Shown here piece by piece: positions 1 through 9,040 of a DNA stretch of 64,000 bases. The translations under genes and the position numbers were made by a program. The notes below the pieces were generated by a model. The model worked only from the letters and a program-made list of their open reading frames with translations, was not told where the DNA came from and did not search any database. The DNA comes from Candidatus Omnitrophota bacterium (GTDB lineage Bacteria; Omnitrophota; Gorgyraeia; Zapsychrales; Zapsychraceae): contig JACRHP010000043.1 in assembly GCA_016212005.1 (NCBI GenBank), positions 99 to 64,098 on the forward strand, given 5' to 3'. Position 1 is the first letter of the stretch; each line of letters starts with the position of its first letter.

Positions 1-533
1 CTTTCTGGATCAATGCATACAATATCGAGGCGATGAAATTGGTACTTGATCACTATCCGCTAAAACGATCCTTGGGCCTTCAAGCACTCCGTTATCCTGC
101 CAACAGTATTCAGCAAATCCCCAATGTTTGGAATCAAGAAGTGCCCACTGTTTTAGGGAAGAAAGTCAGTCTCAACTATATCGAGAATGAAATATTAAGG
201 AAGGAATTCCCGGACCCGCGTATTCATTTCTCAATCGTTTGCGCGTCTTTGGGATGTCCTGTTCTGCTCGATGAGCCCTATGTGCATGACCGGCTGGATT
301 CGCAATTAAGTGATCGGGTCAGAAAATTTGTTCAGGATTCCAAGAAAGTACGTTATGACTCGCGCAACAATACGCTTTATCTTTCCCCCATTTTCAAATG
401 GTTTAAAGAAGACTTTGAGAAGGTCGGAGGCATTGTCGCGTTTGTTAAAAAATATATGCCTTCAGAGATCAAGTTATCCGACGATGCCAAGATCCAATGG
501 CTGGATTATGACTGGAGCTTGAATGAACAATAG
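1..533 (+). CDS. DUF547 domain protein (5' end outside window)
   Basis: The frame is already open at base 3: FWINAYNIEA precedes the listed Met at 33. FWINAYN and IHFSIVCASLGCP are DUF547 hallmark motifs. Stop at 531-533. Confidence 0.75.
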   Translation, partial: FWINAYNIEAMKLVLDHYPLKRSLGLQALRYPANSIQQIPNVWNQEVPTVLGKKVSLNYIENEILRKEFPDPRIHFSIVCASLGCPVLLDEPYVHDRLDSQLSDRVRKFVQDSKKVRYDSRNNTLYLSPIFKWFKEDFEKVGGIVAFVKKYMPSEIKLSDDAKIQWLDYDWSLNEQ

Positions 534-1956
534 CGGAACATGGATAATGGCGGGGTTGTTTTTTCTGGGGGTTAATATCAAAATTTCCCTTTTAAGCCAC
601 AGTTTTATTTTTGGTGTCAGCCATGCCCAGCGGCCGATTATTGAATTTTTGGTTTATATATATCTGGCCTTCCTGGTTTATTGGTTGGTTCTGGGACAGC
701 TTCGGGAAAATCGATCAGGACGCGGAGTTAAACGGTTTAACTTGGCGTGGATTTTGATTATAGGTATTCTGGCGCGGTTAGTCTATTTCCCTTCTCAGTT
801 GATTCAGGAAACAGATCCCTATCGTTATGTTTGGGACGGCCAAATGATGTTGGCAAAGCAGAATCCTTATTCCCTAACTCCACAGGAGGCGTATGAGAGT
901 GGGTTGCTTTCCTCAGATTCTACGAAGCAGGAAACAATCCAATACGTTAACGAAAGGATTAATCATCCGGGTGTTAAAACGATCTATCCTCCGGGAGCAC
1001 AGTTTCTTTTTGGGTTGTCCCAGATGTTAACGCCCTGGAGTCTGGTCGGATGGAAGATTATGATCGCAGTAACTGAAATCTTAATTATGTTTTTAATGGT
1101 TTTCATATTAAAGCAATTAAGGTTGCGCCCGGATTGGGTTGTCCTTTATGCCTGGTCACCGCTTATTATTAAGGAGTTCTCTAACAGCCTTCATCTGGAT
1201 GTCTTTGCCGTTTTGTTTATTTGCTTGATGATATACGCCTTTATTAGAAAGTATCATCGATTGGCTTTGCTGTCTTTAGCGGTGGCGACAATGATTAAAT
1301 GGTTTGCTATTGTTCTTTTGCCTTTTTTATTAATTATGTTCCGGCAGAGTTTATTGAAGAATTTAGCGTCTGTCGGGCTATTCGCCGGTTTGATTATGGC
1401 TTTTTTCTTTCCGTTTATAAATACTGGAACCGGAGCATTGTTTGAGGGGCTTTTCAGATTTTCAGCCGGATGGAAGGTCAACGACGGCCTTTTTAGTGTT
1501 ATCACAAACATTATTCAGAATTTTCACCTGCCGTTTGATACGAATACTATGAGCCGATTTGTGGTCGGTTTGATTTTTGGCTTAATCGTCATCTGGGCCT
1601 GCCAACGATTACTAAAGAAAAGGACTATCTTTAGATATTTGCAAATGTCGTTGATAAGTTTGTCTGCTTTGTTCTTTCTTATTCCTACAGGTAACCCGTG
1701 GTATTTCACTTGGTTGTTTCCGTTCTTAATTGTTTTTCCTTCAAGAGCGCTGATCGCTTTTTCTGGCTTAGTTTTCCTTTATTACTTGGATTTTTATTTC
1801 ATGTATCACGAGCAAAGAGAGCTGTTTCAGTGGGTTCGGTTAGTGGAATATGGATTATTTTTTATCATTTTGGGATTGGAGTTATGGATCAAAAACCGAC
1901 AGTGGCCATTATTATCCCGGTTCACAATGAGAGCGGTGTCATTGGAGAGGCATTAA
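523..1956 (+). CDS. Polytopic membrane protein, GT-C-type glycosyltransferase-like (DUF2029/PIG-M-like)
   Basis: 477 aa with ten or more hydrophobic segments. The first extracytoplasmic loop carries an acidic motif (ETDPYRYVWDG). ATG at 523 overlaps the upstream stop. The family assignment is by general architecture only. Confidence 0.55.
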   Translation: MNNSGTWIMAGLFFLGVNIKISLLSHSFIFGVSHAQRPIIEFLVYIYLAFLVYWLVLGQLRENRSGRGVKRFNLAWILIIGILARLVYFPSQLIQETDPYRYVWDGQMMLAKQNPYSLTPQEAYESGLLSSDSTKQETIQYVNERINHPGVKTIYPPGAQFLFGLSQMLTPWSLVGWKIMIAVTEILIMFLMVFILKQLRLRPDWVVLYAWSPLIIKEFSNSLHLDVFAVLFICLMIYAFIRKYHRLALLSLAVATMIKWFAIVLLPFLLIMFRQSLLKNLASVGLFAGLIMAFFFPFINTGTGALFEGLFRFSAGWKVNDGLFSVITNIIQNFHLPFDTNTMSRFVVGLIFGLIVIWACQRLLKKRTIFRYLQMSLISLSALFFLIPTGNPWYFTWLFPFLIVFPSRALIAFSGLVFLYYLDFYFMYHEQRELFQWVRLVEYGLFFIILGLELWIKNRQWPLLSRFTMRAVSLERH

Positions 1957-2600
1957 AGCATTTTGTTTCTCTGGGGGCCGACGAAGTGATCGTTGTGGAC
2001 GGGAAGTCAGTCGATGGTACATATGAAATTCTCAAGGGGAGATCCCATGGGGTGATGTGCTATCAAACGGCCTTTCCGGAGCGTTCTTTACAAATGAATC
2101 TGGGCGCGTTCGAATCAAAATCGGATGTTTTTATTTTTGCCCACATTGACATGCGGCTCCCTTTAAATGCCATTGCAGTGGTTCGTGAGAAAGTAAAACA
2201 GGGTTTTATCGGTGGTGGTTTCAAAAAGTCGTATAGCCCGAGTACATGGTTATTGAGAGTTTACATTTATTTGTTAAATCAGATTTATCTAGGGAAGATG
2301 CATTGTTTGGTGGGGACAAATGCCATGTTTGTTGCCAGGGAAGTCTTTGAAAAAATGAATGGATTTTCAGAGGTGGCTCTTTTGGAAGACATGATTTTCT
2401 CTGAGTGCTTGAACAAAGAAGGCAGGATTGCGATTGTTGATCATCCAGTCATCGTTTCGTCAAGAAAGTACCTTAAAAATGGTGTTATTAAGCAGATTTT
2501 ACGTAACGTCCGGATTGTTTTAGGATATAAATTATTGCACGAAAGTCCGGTGAAACTGCGTGAAATATATTCAGGCCTGCCGGTAGGCAGGCAGGGGTAA
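1884..2600 (+). CDS. Family 2 glycosyltransferase, TIGR04283-like (transferase 2, rSAM/selenodomain-associated)
   Basis: The listed ORF is 1698-2600, but the conserved part begins at ATG 1884 (MDQKPTVAIIIPVHNES). VIVVDGKSVDGT and FAHIDMRLP motifs are present. It sits directly upstream of a DUF2064 gene and near arsM/arsS. Confidence 0.75.
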   Translation: MDQKPTVAIIIPVHNESGVIGEALKHFVSLGADEVIVVDGKSVDGTYEILKGRSHGVMCYQTAFPERSLQMNLGAFESKSDVFIFAHIDMRLPLNAIAVVREKVKQGFIGGGFKKSYSPSTWLLRVYIYLLNQIYLGKMHCLVGTNAMFVAREVFEKMNGFSEVALLEDMIFSECLNKEGRIAIVDHPVIVSSRKYLKNGVIKQILRNVRIVLGYKLLHESPVKLREIYSGLPVGRQG

Positions 2601-2602
2601 CT

Positions 2603-3205
2603 ATGGGGCCGGATGTCCTTCTATATTTTGTGAAGTATCCAACGCCGGGCAAGGTCAAAACCCGTTTGGCCAAAACGGTGGGGGAGCAAGTAGCTGCAAG
2701 ATTATATAGCGAGTTAACAGAAAAGAATTTAGAAGTGATTGCGTCATTATATCAGAGAAATATCTGTGACCTTGTGATTGTTTTTGATCCGCCGGAGAAA
2801 AGTAAGGATATTAAACGTTGGCTCTCTTTATCGTGTGAATATTTGCCTCAGTGCGGGGGAGGATTGAGTGAGCGACTCATACGCTCTTTTCACGAAGCAT
2901 TCCAAAGAGGAGGTAAGCGGGTTATGGCCTTGGGGAGCGACACCCTGGGATTAACAACTGACATTATTCAGCATGGATTTGAGGCCCTTCAATCAAGCGA
3001 TGTCGTTATCGGCCCGGCAGAGGATGGTGGTTATTATTTAATTGGATTAAGCAGTTTTCAGCCGGAACTTTTTCAAGGAATTTCTTGGAGTACAGACACA
3101 GTTTTGCAGCAAACATACAACCATATCAGCAAATTAGGTCTAAGTTATCAAATATTGACTCCATTGGAAGATTTAGACGAAATGAAGATAGGAGAAAAAA
3201 TATGA
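2603..3205 (+). CDS. DUF2064 / TIGR04282-like transferase (transferase 1, rSAM/selenodomain-associated)
   Basis: N-terminus LLYFVKYPTPGKVKTRLA and GPAEDGGYYLIGL are typical DUF2064 motifs. The stop overlaps the arsM ATG (ATGA at 3202-3205). Confidence 0.8.
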   Translation: MGPDVLLYFVKYPTPGKVKTRLAKTVGEQVAARLYSELTEKNLEVIASLYQRNICDLVIVFDPPEKSKDIKRWLSLSCEYLPQCGGGLSERLIRSFHEAFQRGGKRVMALGSDTLGLTTDIIQHGFEALQSSDVVIGPAEDGGYYLIGLSSFQPELFQGISWSTDTVLQQTYNHISKLGLSYQILTPLEDLDEMKIGEKI

Positions 3206-4260
3206 ACCCAGCGGTTGTTAATCAGAAAAAAGAAAACGTTAAGAATTATTACGGCAGGATTTTGAAAACAAATGAAGATCTTAAGACCAGCGCTTGCTGT
3301 ACAACCGACAGCCTGCCGGATGAAATAAAATCCATTCTCAAGAATATTGAGCCGGAGATATTGGACAAGTTTTATGGATGCGGTTCCCCGATTCCAAAAC
3401 TTTTAGATGGATGCACAGTCCTGGATTTGGGCAGTGGAACGGGCCGGGACGTTTATGTCATATCCAAATTAGTCGGGCAAAAGGGAATGTCCATTGGGAT
3501 CGATATGACAGAAGAGCAACTGTCGGTTGCGCGTAAATATCAGGATGCTCAAATGAAGAAATTTGGGTATACCAAAGCTAACGTCGATTTTAAGCAAGGA
3601 TACATTGAAGACCTTAAAGAAGCAGGGATCAAGGATAACAGTGTCGATGTCGTCATCTCCAACTGTGTCATCAATCTTTCCCCGGATAAACCACAGGTCT
3701 TTAAGGAAATATTCAGGGTCTTAAAGCCGGGAGGGGAGCTTTATTTTGCGGACGTATTCACTAACGCACGTGTTCCTCAAGAATTTCATGATGATCCGTT
3801 AGCCTATGGCGAATGTTTGGGCGGCGCGCTTTATATTGAGGATTTCAGACGGATTCTTGCCAGGTTAGGTTGTCCGGATTACCGGATTGTACAAAAAAGA
3901 AGAATCGATATTGATGATCCCATTCTTGCCAAAAAAGCCGGGCCGGTAGAATTTTATTCTATGACTATTCGGGCTTTTAAATTGGCTGACCTGGAAGACC
4001 GTTGCGAAGATTTTGGGCAGGCGGCCTATTATCAAGGCACGATTGATGGGTGTCCGAACGCTTTTATTTTGGACGACCACCATACGTTCGTGACTGGTAA
4101 ACCTATATTGGTTTGCGGTAACACGGCTTCTATGCTGATGAATACTCGTTACAGGAAACACTTTAGGGTTAGTGGCGACAAATCCAGACATTTCGGATTG
4201 TTCCCCTGCGGGCCTGCTCCAAGTGAAACCAAATCAACAGGGAAAGGAGGGTGCTGTTAA
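3202..4260 (+). CDS. arsM: Arsenite S-adenosylmethionine methyltransferase
   Basis: Start taken at ATG 3202 (MNPAVVNQ) inside listed ORF 3085-4260. KNYYGRIL...TSACCT cysteine pair, YGCGSPIP and SAM motif VLDLGSGTGRDVY are present. The Cys-rich C-terminus ends GGCC. Confidence 0.85.
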   Translation: MNPAVVNQKKENVKNYYGRILKTNEDLKTSACCTTDSLPDEIKSILKNIEPEILDKFYGCGSPIPKLLDGCTVLDLGSGTGRDVYVISKLVGQKGMSIGIDMTEEQLSVARKYQDAQMKKFGYTKANVDFKQGYIEDLKEAGIKDNSVDVVISNCVINLSPDKPQVFKEIFRVLKPGGELYFADVFTNARVPQEFHDDPLAYGECLGGALYIEDFRRILARLGCPDYRIVQKRRIDIDDPILAKKAGPVEFYSMTIRAFKLADLEDRCEDFGQAAYYQGTIDGCPNAFILDDHHTFVTGKPILVCGNTASMLMNTRYRKHFRVSGDKSRHFGLFPCGPAPSETKSTGKGGCC

Positions 4261-5405
4261 TGGAATGGACGGTTTTCATTATCTTGGCAACATTGTTCGT
4301 CGCTTATACCAATGGTGCGAATGACAATTTCAAAGGTGTGGCGACACTTTTGGGCAGCGGAACAACGGATTATCGAAAGGCTCTTGCTTGGGCGACGGTC
4401 ACTACATTAGCTGGATCCGTCACGGCATTTTTCTTCGCGACGAAATTGGTAAAAACTTTTAGTGGAAAAGGATTGGTTCCGGACGCTTTAATTGGAACGC
4501 CTGAATTCTTATTGGCAGTCGCACTTGGAGCTAGCGCAACGGTTTTATTGGCTACGTTGACGGGAATTCCGATATCAACAACACACAGCTTAACGGGTGC
4601 TCTGGTAGGGGCCGGATTGGTTGCTATCGGAAAAGATTTGGGTTTCTCCACTTTAGGTAAGAATTTCTTTATTCCTTTAATAGCCAGTCCCTTCATTGCC
4701 GTTGTATTTACATTCGTGGTTTATATGGTCTTTCGTTTTATTCGTCAGAAGTTAGGTGTCGGGCGGAGTACTTGCGTTTGTATGGGAGAAAAAGTAATTC
4801 CAGTCGCTAATGTTAATTTGGTTAACGGACAAATGCTTTCAGTGGCAGAGTTGAAGTCTATGGAAATATTTGTCGATGAGAAAAGTCAGTGTCAGGCCAG
4901 AGCTTTAGATCGATATGAGGGACGAGTTATTGGTATTGATGCCCAACAGATTTTAGATACTTTGCATTTTATAAGCGCCGGGGCGGTGAGTTTTGCCCGG
5001 GGATTAAATGACACACCGAAGATTGTCGCGCTTGCCGTAACCGCTGGAGCGTTGGGATTGAAACTTAATATTGGTTTCGTCGCTTTGGTCATGGCTTTGG
5101 GCGGAATTTCAAGTGCGAAGAAAGTGGCGGAAACCATGTCGCATCGGATCACAGCGATGAATCATGGACAGGGATTTACGGCCAATTTGATCACGGCAGT
5201 TTTAGTTATCTTTGCTTCGAAGATGGGTGTGCCGGTTTCAACGACGCATGTTTCCTGCGGTTCATTGTTCGGCATCGGATTGGTGAATGGGAAAGCCAAT
5301 TGGAAAATCATCGGCGGCATTGTCTCGGCGTGGGTTTTGACGTTACCCATCGCCGCATTGTTATCGGCAGGATTTTATATGGGGTTAAGGATGATAGGCT
5401 CCTGA
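4251..5405 (+). CDS. PiT-family inorganic phosphate (possibly arsenate) transporter
   Basis: The duplicated PiT signature appears in both halves (GANDNFKGVATLLGSG and ARGLNDTPKIVAL). The protein is polytopic. The start is GTG 4251 or ATG 4260. Confidence 0.8.
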   Translation: MLLMEWTVFIILATLFVAYTNGANDNFKGVATLLGSGTTDYRKALAWATVTTLAGSVTAFFFATKLVKTFSGKGLVPDALIGTPEFLLAVALGASATVLLATLTGIPISTTHSLTGALVGAGLVAIGKDLGFSTLGKNFFIPLIASPFIAVVFTFVVYMVFRFIRQKLGVGRSTCVCMGEKVIPVANVNLVNGQMLSVAELKSMEIFVDEKSQCQARALDRYEGRVIGIDAQQILDTLHFISAGAVSFARGLNDTPKIVALAVTAGALGLKLNIGFVALVMALGGISSAKKVAETMSHRITAMNHGQGFTANLITAVLVIFASKMGVPVSTTHVSCGSLFGIGLVNGKANWKIIGGIVSAWVLTLPIAALLSAGFYMGLRMIGS

Positions 5406-5452
5406 GGCAGAAGCCTCAGGAGTTTCGGCTGGTGTATGGGTAAACACCAGCC
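5399..5452 (+). promoter_or_regulatory. Two consecutive perfect hairpins between the PiT gene and arsS
   Basis: CTCCTGAGGC-agaa-GCCTCAGGAG (5399-5422, spanning the PiT stop codon) is followed by GGCTGGTGT-atgggtaa-ACACCAGCC (5427-5452). AAGGAGG and the arsS ATG (5472) come directly after. Confidence 0.5.
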
Positions 5453-5471
5453 TCAAGGAGGCCGTTAGACG

Positions 5472-6449
5472 ATGGATTGTTTTAAATCAAAATTAGTAGA
5501 GCACAATATCGACTTGAGGAAACGGAAAATCGAGATTCTTCAAGTGAACGTGGGAAAGTTATGTAATCTCACTTGCGTTCATTGCCATGTGGAGGCGGGA
5601 CCGACAAAAATCAAGGAAAACATGAATCGAGAGACAGCGGAGGCAGTCGTTCGGTTTATGGATGCTTCGGGTGCGACAACGCTCGATATTACCGGCGGTG
5701 CGCCGGAGCTTAATCCTCATTTTAAATATCTGGTCATTGAGGCACAGGCAAGAAATCTTCGTGTTATTGATCGTTGTAATCTGACTATATTTTATGAGAA
5801 TGGAATGTCGGATTTGCCCGATTTTCTCGCCCGCCATCAAGTTGAGGTTGTTGCGTCGCTTCCCTGTTATCAGGAACAAAATGTCGATAAACAAAGAGGT
5901 AACGGAACATTCCATAAATCTATTGAAGCATTGAAATGGCTGAATGATTTGGGGTACGGAAAGAAAAAGGAACTTGTTTTGAATCTTGTCTACAATCCCG
6001 TCGGCCCTCATTTACCACCGGCACAGAAGAAACTGGAAGAGGATTATAAGCAAAGACTTTATGCCGATTTCGGGATTGTTTTTAATAAGTTATACACGAT
6101 CACCAATATGCCCATCACACGGTATGCCAAGTACCTGAAGGCATTTGATCAATACGATGCTTATGTCGAGCTTTTGGTCAGCAGTTTCAATCTCGCCACG
6201 GTGGAAGGGCTGATGTGTGTGAATACCTTGAGCGTCGGCTGGGACGGCAGGTTATATGATTGTGATTTTAATCAAATGCTGGGCATGGGTATACGTAATG
6301 GCAGACCCTTGACCATATCGGATATTCAGTTAAAGGAGTTGAGTAATTGGGAAATCCTGACGGGCAATCATTGTTTCGGCTGCACCGCCGGGGCAGGATC
6401 AAGCTGTCAGGGAGCTTTGGAAAGGAATATGCTCGCAAAGGAGTCGTGA
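5472..6449 (+). CDS. arsS: Arsenosugar biosynthesis radical SAM protein (TIGR04167 rSAM/selenodomain family, Cys form)
   Basis: Radical SAM CxxxCxxC motif in VGKLCNLTCVHCHVEAGP. The C-terminal Cys-rich tail GNHCFGCTAGAGSSCQG is characteristic of this family. There is no in-frame TGA. Confidence 0.85.
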   Translation: MDCFKSKLVEHNIDLRKRKIEILQVNVGKLCNLTCVHCHVEAGPTKIKENMNRETAEAVVRFMDASGATTLDITGGAPELNPHFKYLVIEAQARNLRVIDRCNLTIFYENGMSDLPDFLARHQVEVVASLPCYQEQNVDKQRGNGTFHKSIEALKWLNDLGYGKKKELVLNLVYNPVGPHLPPAQKKLEEDYKQRLYADFGIVFNKLYTITNMPITRYAKYLKAFDQYDAYVELLVSSFNLATVEGLMCVNTLSVGWDGRLYDCDFNQMLGMGIRNGRPLTISDIQLKELSNWEILTGNHCFGCTAGAGSSCQGALERNMLAKES

Positions 6450-7267
6450 TGGAGAAGTCGAATATACCATTTTATCTCTCATTCGCCGGAGTAGCAGGAA
6501 TTGTCTTTTTTCTTGTTTTAGAAAGATTTGTCCCGTTTCGACGGGTATCTTTACCCCAATGGCAGAGATGGCTCATTAATTTCAGTCTAAGTTTTTGTAA
6601 CCTTCTCATTGTTGATCAGAGTTTTGTGGTTCTGCTGCAAAGGACGCCTATTTTTAGCGAGATATTTCATTTTGATCTATATGGCCGGTTGGGGTTAGGC
6701 AGCTTTTGGCGTGTTGTTTTGACTATTCTTATTTTAGATTTTGCGATGTACGTTTGGCACCGGATTAATCATGCAGTCCCTTTTTTGTGGCGGTTCCATC
6801 GCGTCCATCATAGCGATCCGCATGTCGATGTGACCACAGCTTCCCGGTTTCATTTTGGTGAAGTGACGCTTTCCGCTGTCATCAATTATGCTCTCATGCT
6901 TTCCTTGGGAGCTTCCATTTGGGAAGTGCGTATTTTCAAACTGATTTTTGTTTTTATGACCCAGCTTACACATAGTAATATCCGTCTCTTTAAGCCGTTG
7001 GAAAATTTAATCCGGCTCATTTTTGTGTTGCCTTCCATGCACCGTATCCATCATTCGGATATTCGTCGTGAAACCGATTCGAATTACGGGACGATCTTTT
7101 CCATCTGGGATAGATTATTTGCGACGTTCACCAAAGATACTGATTCACAGAAGCTCCATTTTGGTCTTAAAGAATTTCAAGACTCCAAAGAATTAACGTT
7201 ACCAAAACTTATTATTATGCCCCTTAAGCGGGTGGGTAGGGAACCCCGCCAAGGGCGGGGCAAGTAA
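6449..7267 (+). CDS. Fatty acid hydroxylase / sterol desaturase superfamily membrane protein
   Basis: Start ATG 6449 overlaps the arsS stop (TGATG). Histidine boxes WHRINH, FHRVHHSD and MHRIHHSD are present, and the N-terminus is hydrophobic. Confidence 0.75.
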   Translation: MEKSNIPFYLSFAGVAGIVFFLVLERFVPFRRVSLPQWQRWLINFSLSFCNLLIVDQSFVVLLQRTPIFSEIFHFDLYGRLGLGSFWRVVLTILILDFAMYVWHRINHAVPFLWRFHRVHHSDPHVDVTTASRFHFGEVTLSAVINYALMLSLGASIWEVRIFKLIFVFMTQLTHSNIRLFKPLENLIRLIFVLPSMHRIHHSDIRRETDSNYGTIFSIWDRLFATFTKDTDSQKLHFGLKEFQDSKELTLPKLIIMPLKRVGREPRQGRGK

Positions 7268-7280
7268 GAAAGGAATCTTT

Positions 7281-8276
7281 ATGCGAAAGATATTCTTTAT
7301 TGTTTTGATATTGGCAGGGATAGGGGTGTGGCTTATTGCCTGGGCGAATGTCCCTGAATCCCGATTAGTTGATTTTAATTACGAGGTTCTCATTGAAGGC
7401 ATCCCTGAAAAAACCAAAGAATTGAAAATTTGGTTTCCTTATTTATCGGAAACCCCATACCAGGAGATTCAGGAGGTCACCATTGAGCCGCAAGAGGGCG
7501 CCCAGATTAGTTACGATAAAATCTACCATAATAAGATTCTCAATTATATGATTGCCTCACCGCAGAATTCTTCTTTGAAGTTTAATATACGCTATCGTGT
7601 TAAACGTTCCGAGTATTCAAATAAACACGCTCCATCAGGGTCTTTGTCAAAAAAAGAAGATTTACGTAAATACCTTCAGGCTGACAGGCTGGTCACTATA
7701 AGTTCCAAGGTTAAAGGCATGGCTAAAGAAATCACGCAAAGGAAGACAACGACCTTGGATAAAGCCCGCGCGATTTATGATTATATTTTTCAAAATGTTT
7801 CCTACGATAAAACTATCCCCGGCTGGGGTAACGGTGACACCGAAAGAGTTTGTTCGCTAAAAGCAGGTAACTGCACGGATTTTCATTCACTATTTATTTC
7901 ATTGGCCCGCGCTTCAGGGATTCCGGCAAAATTCGTGATGGGTGTTCCCTTAAGTAACGGCAAAAAGGAAGGTGAAATTTCCGGTTATCACTGCTGGGCG
8001 GAATTTTATGATGAGAAATCAGGGTGGGTTCCTGTGGATATTTCGGAGGCCTGGAAGAATAAATCAAGATATGCGTATTATTTTGGGGCAATCGGGGCCG
8101 ATCGTTTGGAGATTAGTGTCGGCCGGGACATCGTTTTAGAACCGAATGCCAACGCGGAACCCTTAAATTATTTCTTTTATCCTTATGTTGAAGTAGATGG
8201 AAGAAAATTCTTGCAGATCAAAACATCGTTTCGATTTAAGGATGTGAACATGCGAAAGGAGGTAAGCAAACTTTAA
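7281..8276 (+). CDS. Transglutaminase-like domain protein, membrane-anchored/secreted
   Basis: N-terminal TM segment. Cys-His-Asp transglutaminase core: GNCTDFHSLFISLARASGIPAKF, GYHCWAEFY, WVPVDISE. Confidence 0.75.
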   Translation: MRKIFFIVLILAGIGVWLIAWANVPESRLVDFNYEVLIEGIPEKTKELKIWFPYLSETPYQEIQEVTIEPQEGAQISYDKIYHNKILNYMIASPQNSSLKFNIRYRVKRSEYSNKHAPSGSLSKKEDLRKYLQADRLVTISSKVKGMAKEITQRKTTTLDKARAIYDYIFQNVSYDKTIPGWGNGDTERVCSLKAGNCTDFHSLFISLARASGIPAKFVMGVPLSNGKKEGEISGYHCWAEFYDEKSGWVPVDISEAWKNKSRYAYYFGAIGADRLEISVGRDIVLEPNANAEPLNYFFYPYVEVDGRKFLQIKTSFRFKDVNMRKEVSKL

Positions 8277-8362
8277 GAAAACCACTAATATTCCCGGGGA
8301 GAAAAAATTAATACACAATTAAAAAATAAAAGTCCCGTTTGAACGGGGCAGGGAGGAAAGCA

Positions 8363-8908
8363 ATGCGTAAAATATTTAATCTTATAATGGTTTTGAGTTT
8401 AATGCTGTGGAGCGCCGCGGTTGTTTCCGCAGCCGAACACGGAGGGGCTTCCGTAGAGAAAAAGGAACATGGCGGGACAGCGCAAAAGGAACACGGGGGT
8501 ACCAGCGCGCCATCGGCTGATGCCATTCGTGCAGCCATGAAGGATCATGTCATGGATAAATCCAAGGCAACGGGAACATTTGATGTTACCGATCCCGAAA
8601 CAAGTAAAACTCGAAAACTGGAATTAATCCGGGTTCATGAGCGGGTAGGAAAGACGGGGAACTATTATTACTCCTGCGCTGATTTTAAGGACACCGAAAG
8701 CGGTCAAATGCTCGATCTGGATTTGGATGTCGAAGATAAAGGAGGTAAATTAAGTGTCGCTGATGTGAGAATCCACAAACTCGAAGGAAAGGAACGTTAT
8801 ACCTACGATGCCAATGACAATCGCATTTCCATCAATGCCGACGGCAGTCATATGGAGGGCAGTCACATGGAAGGTCAAGAACAGGGCAAGGAACATGGTG
8901 GAAAATAA
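8363..8908 (+). CDS. Secreted protein with repeated EHGG / HMEG motifs (possible metal binding)
   Basis: ATG 8363 is preceded by GGGAGG. Signal peptide MRKIFNLIMVLSLMLWSAAVVSA. AEHGG, KEHGG x3 and SHMEG x2 sit at both ends. I recognised no family. Confidence 0.5.
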   Translation: MRKIFNLIMVLSLMLWSAAVVSAAEHGGASVEKKEHGGTAQKEHGGTSAPSADAIRAAMKDHVMDKSKATGTFDVTDPETSKTRKLELIRVHERVGKTGNYYYSCADFKDTESGQMLDLDLDVEDKGGKLSVADVRIHKLEGKERYTYDANDNRISINADGSHMEGSHMEGQEQGKEHGGK

Positions 8909-8921
8909 ATGGGAGAGGGGT

Positions 8922-8960
8922 GCGGACGGATGCTTAAAACGAGCGTTCGTCCGCTCTTTT
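8922..8960 (+). terminator. Putative intrinsic terminator
   Basis: GCGGACG (8922-8928) pairs with CGTCCGC (8948-8954) and is followed by TCTTTT. It lies 14 nt after the stop at 8908. The loop is long (19 nt), so confidence is moderate. Confidence 0.45.
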
Positions 8961-9040
8961 CAATAAGAGCCATCAAGAGGATTATGTGTCGTAAGAGTTA
9001 AAAATTTTTTTTCCCGACACAGAGCAAGGAACGGAATACA

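Noticed and set aside
5472-6449. Selenocysteine (in-frame TGA) in the rSAM/selenodomain protein
   Set aside because: The C-terminal motif reads ...GCTAGAGSSCQG with cysteine codons. There is no in-frame TGA and I noticed no SECIS-like hairpin. This is the Cys form.
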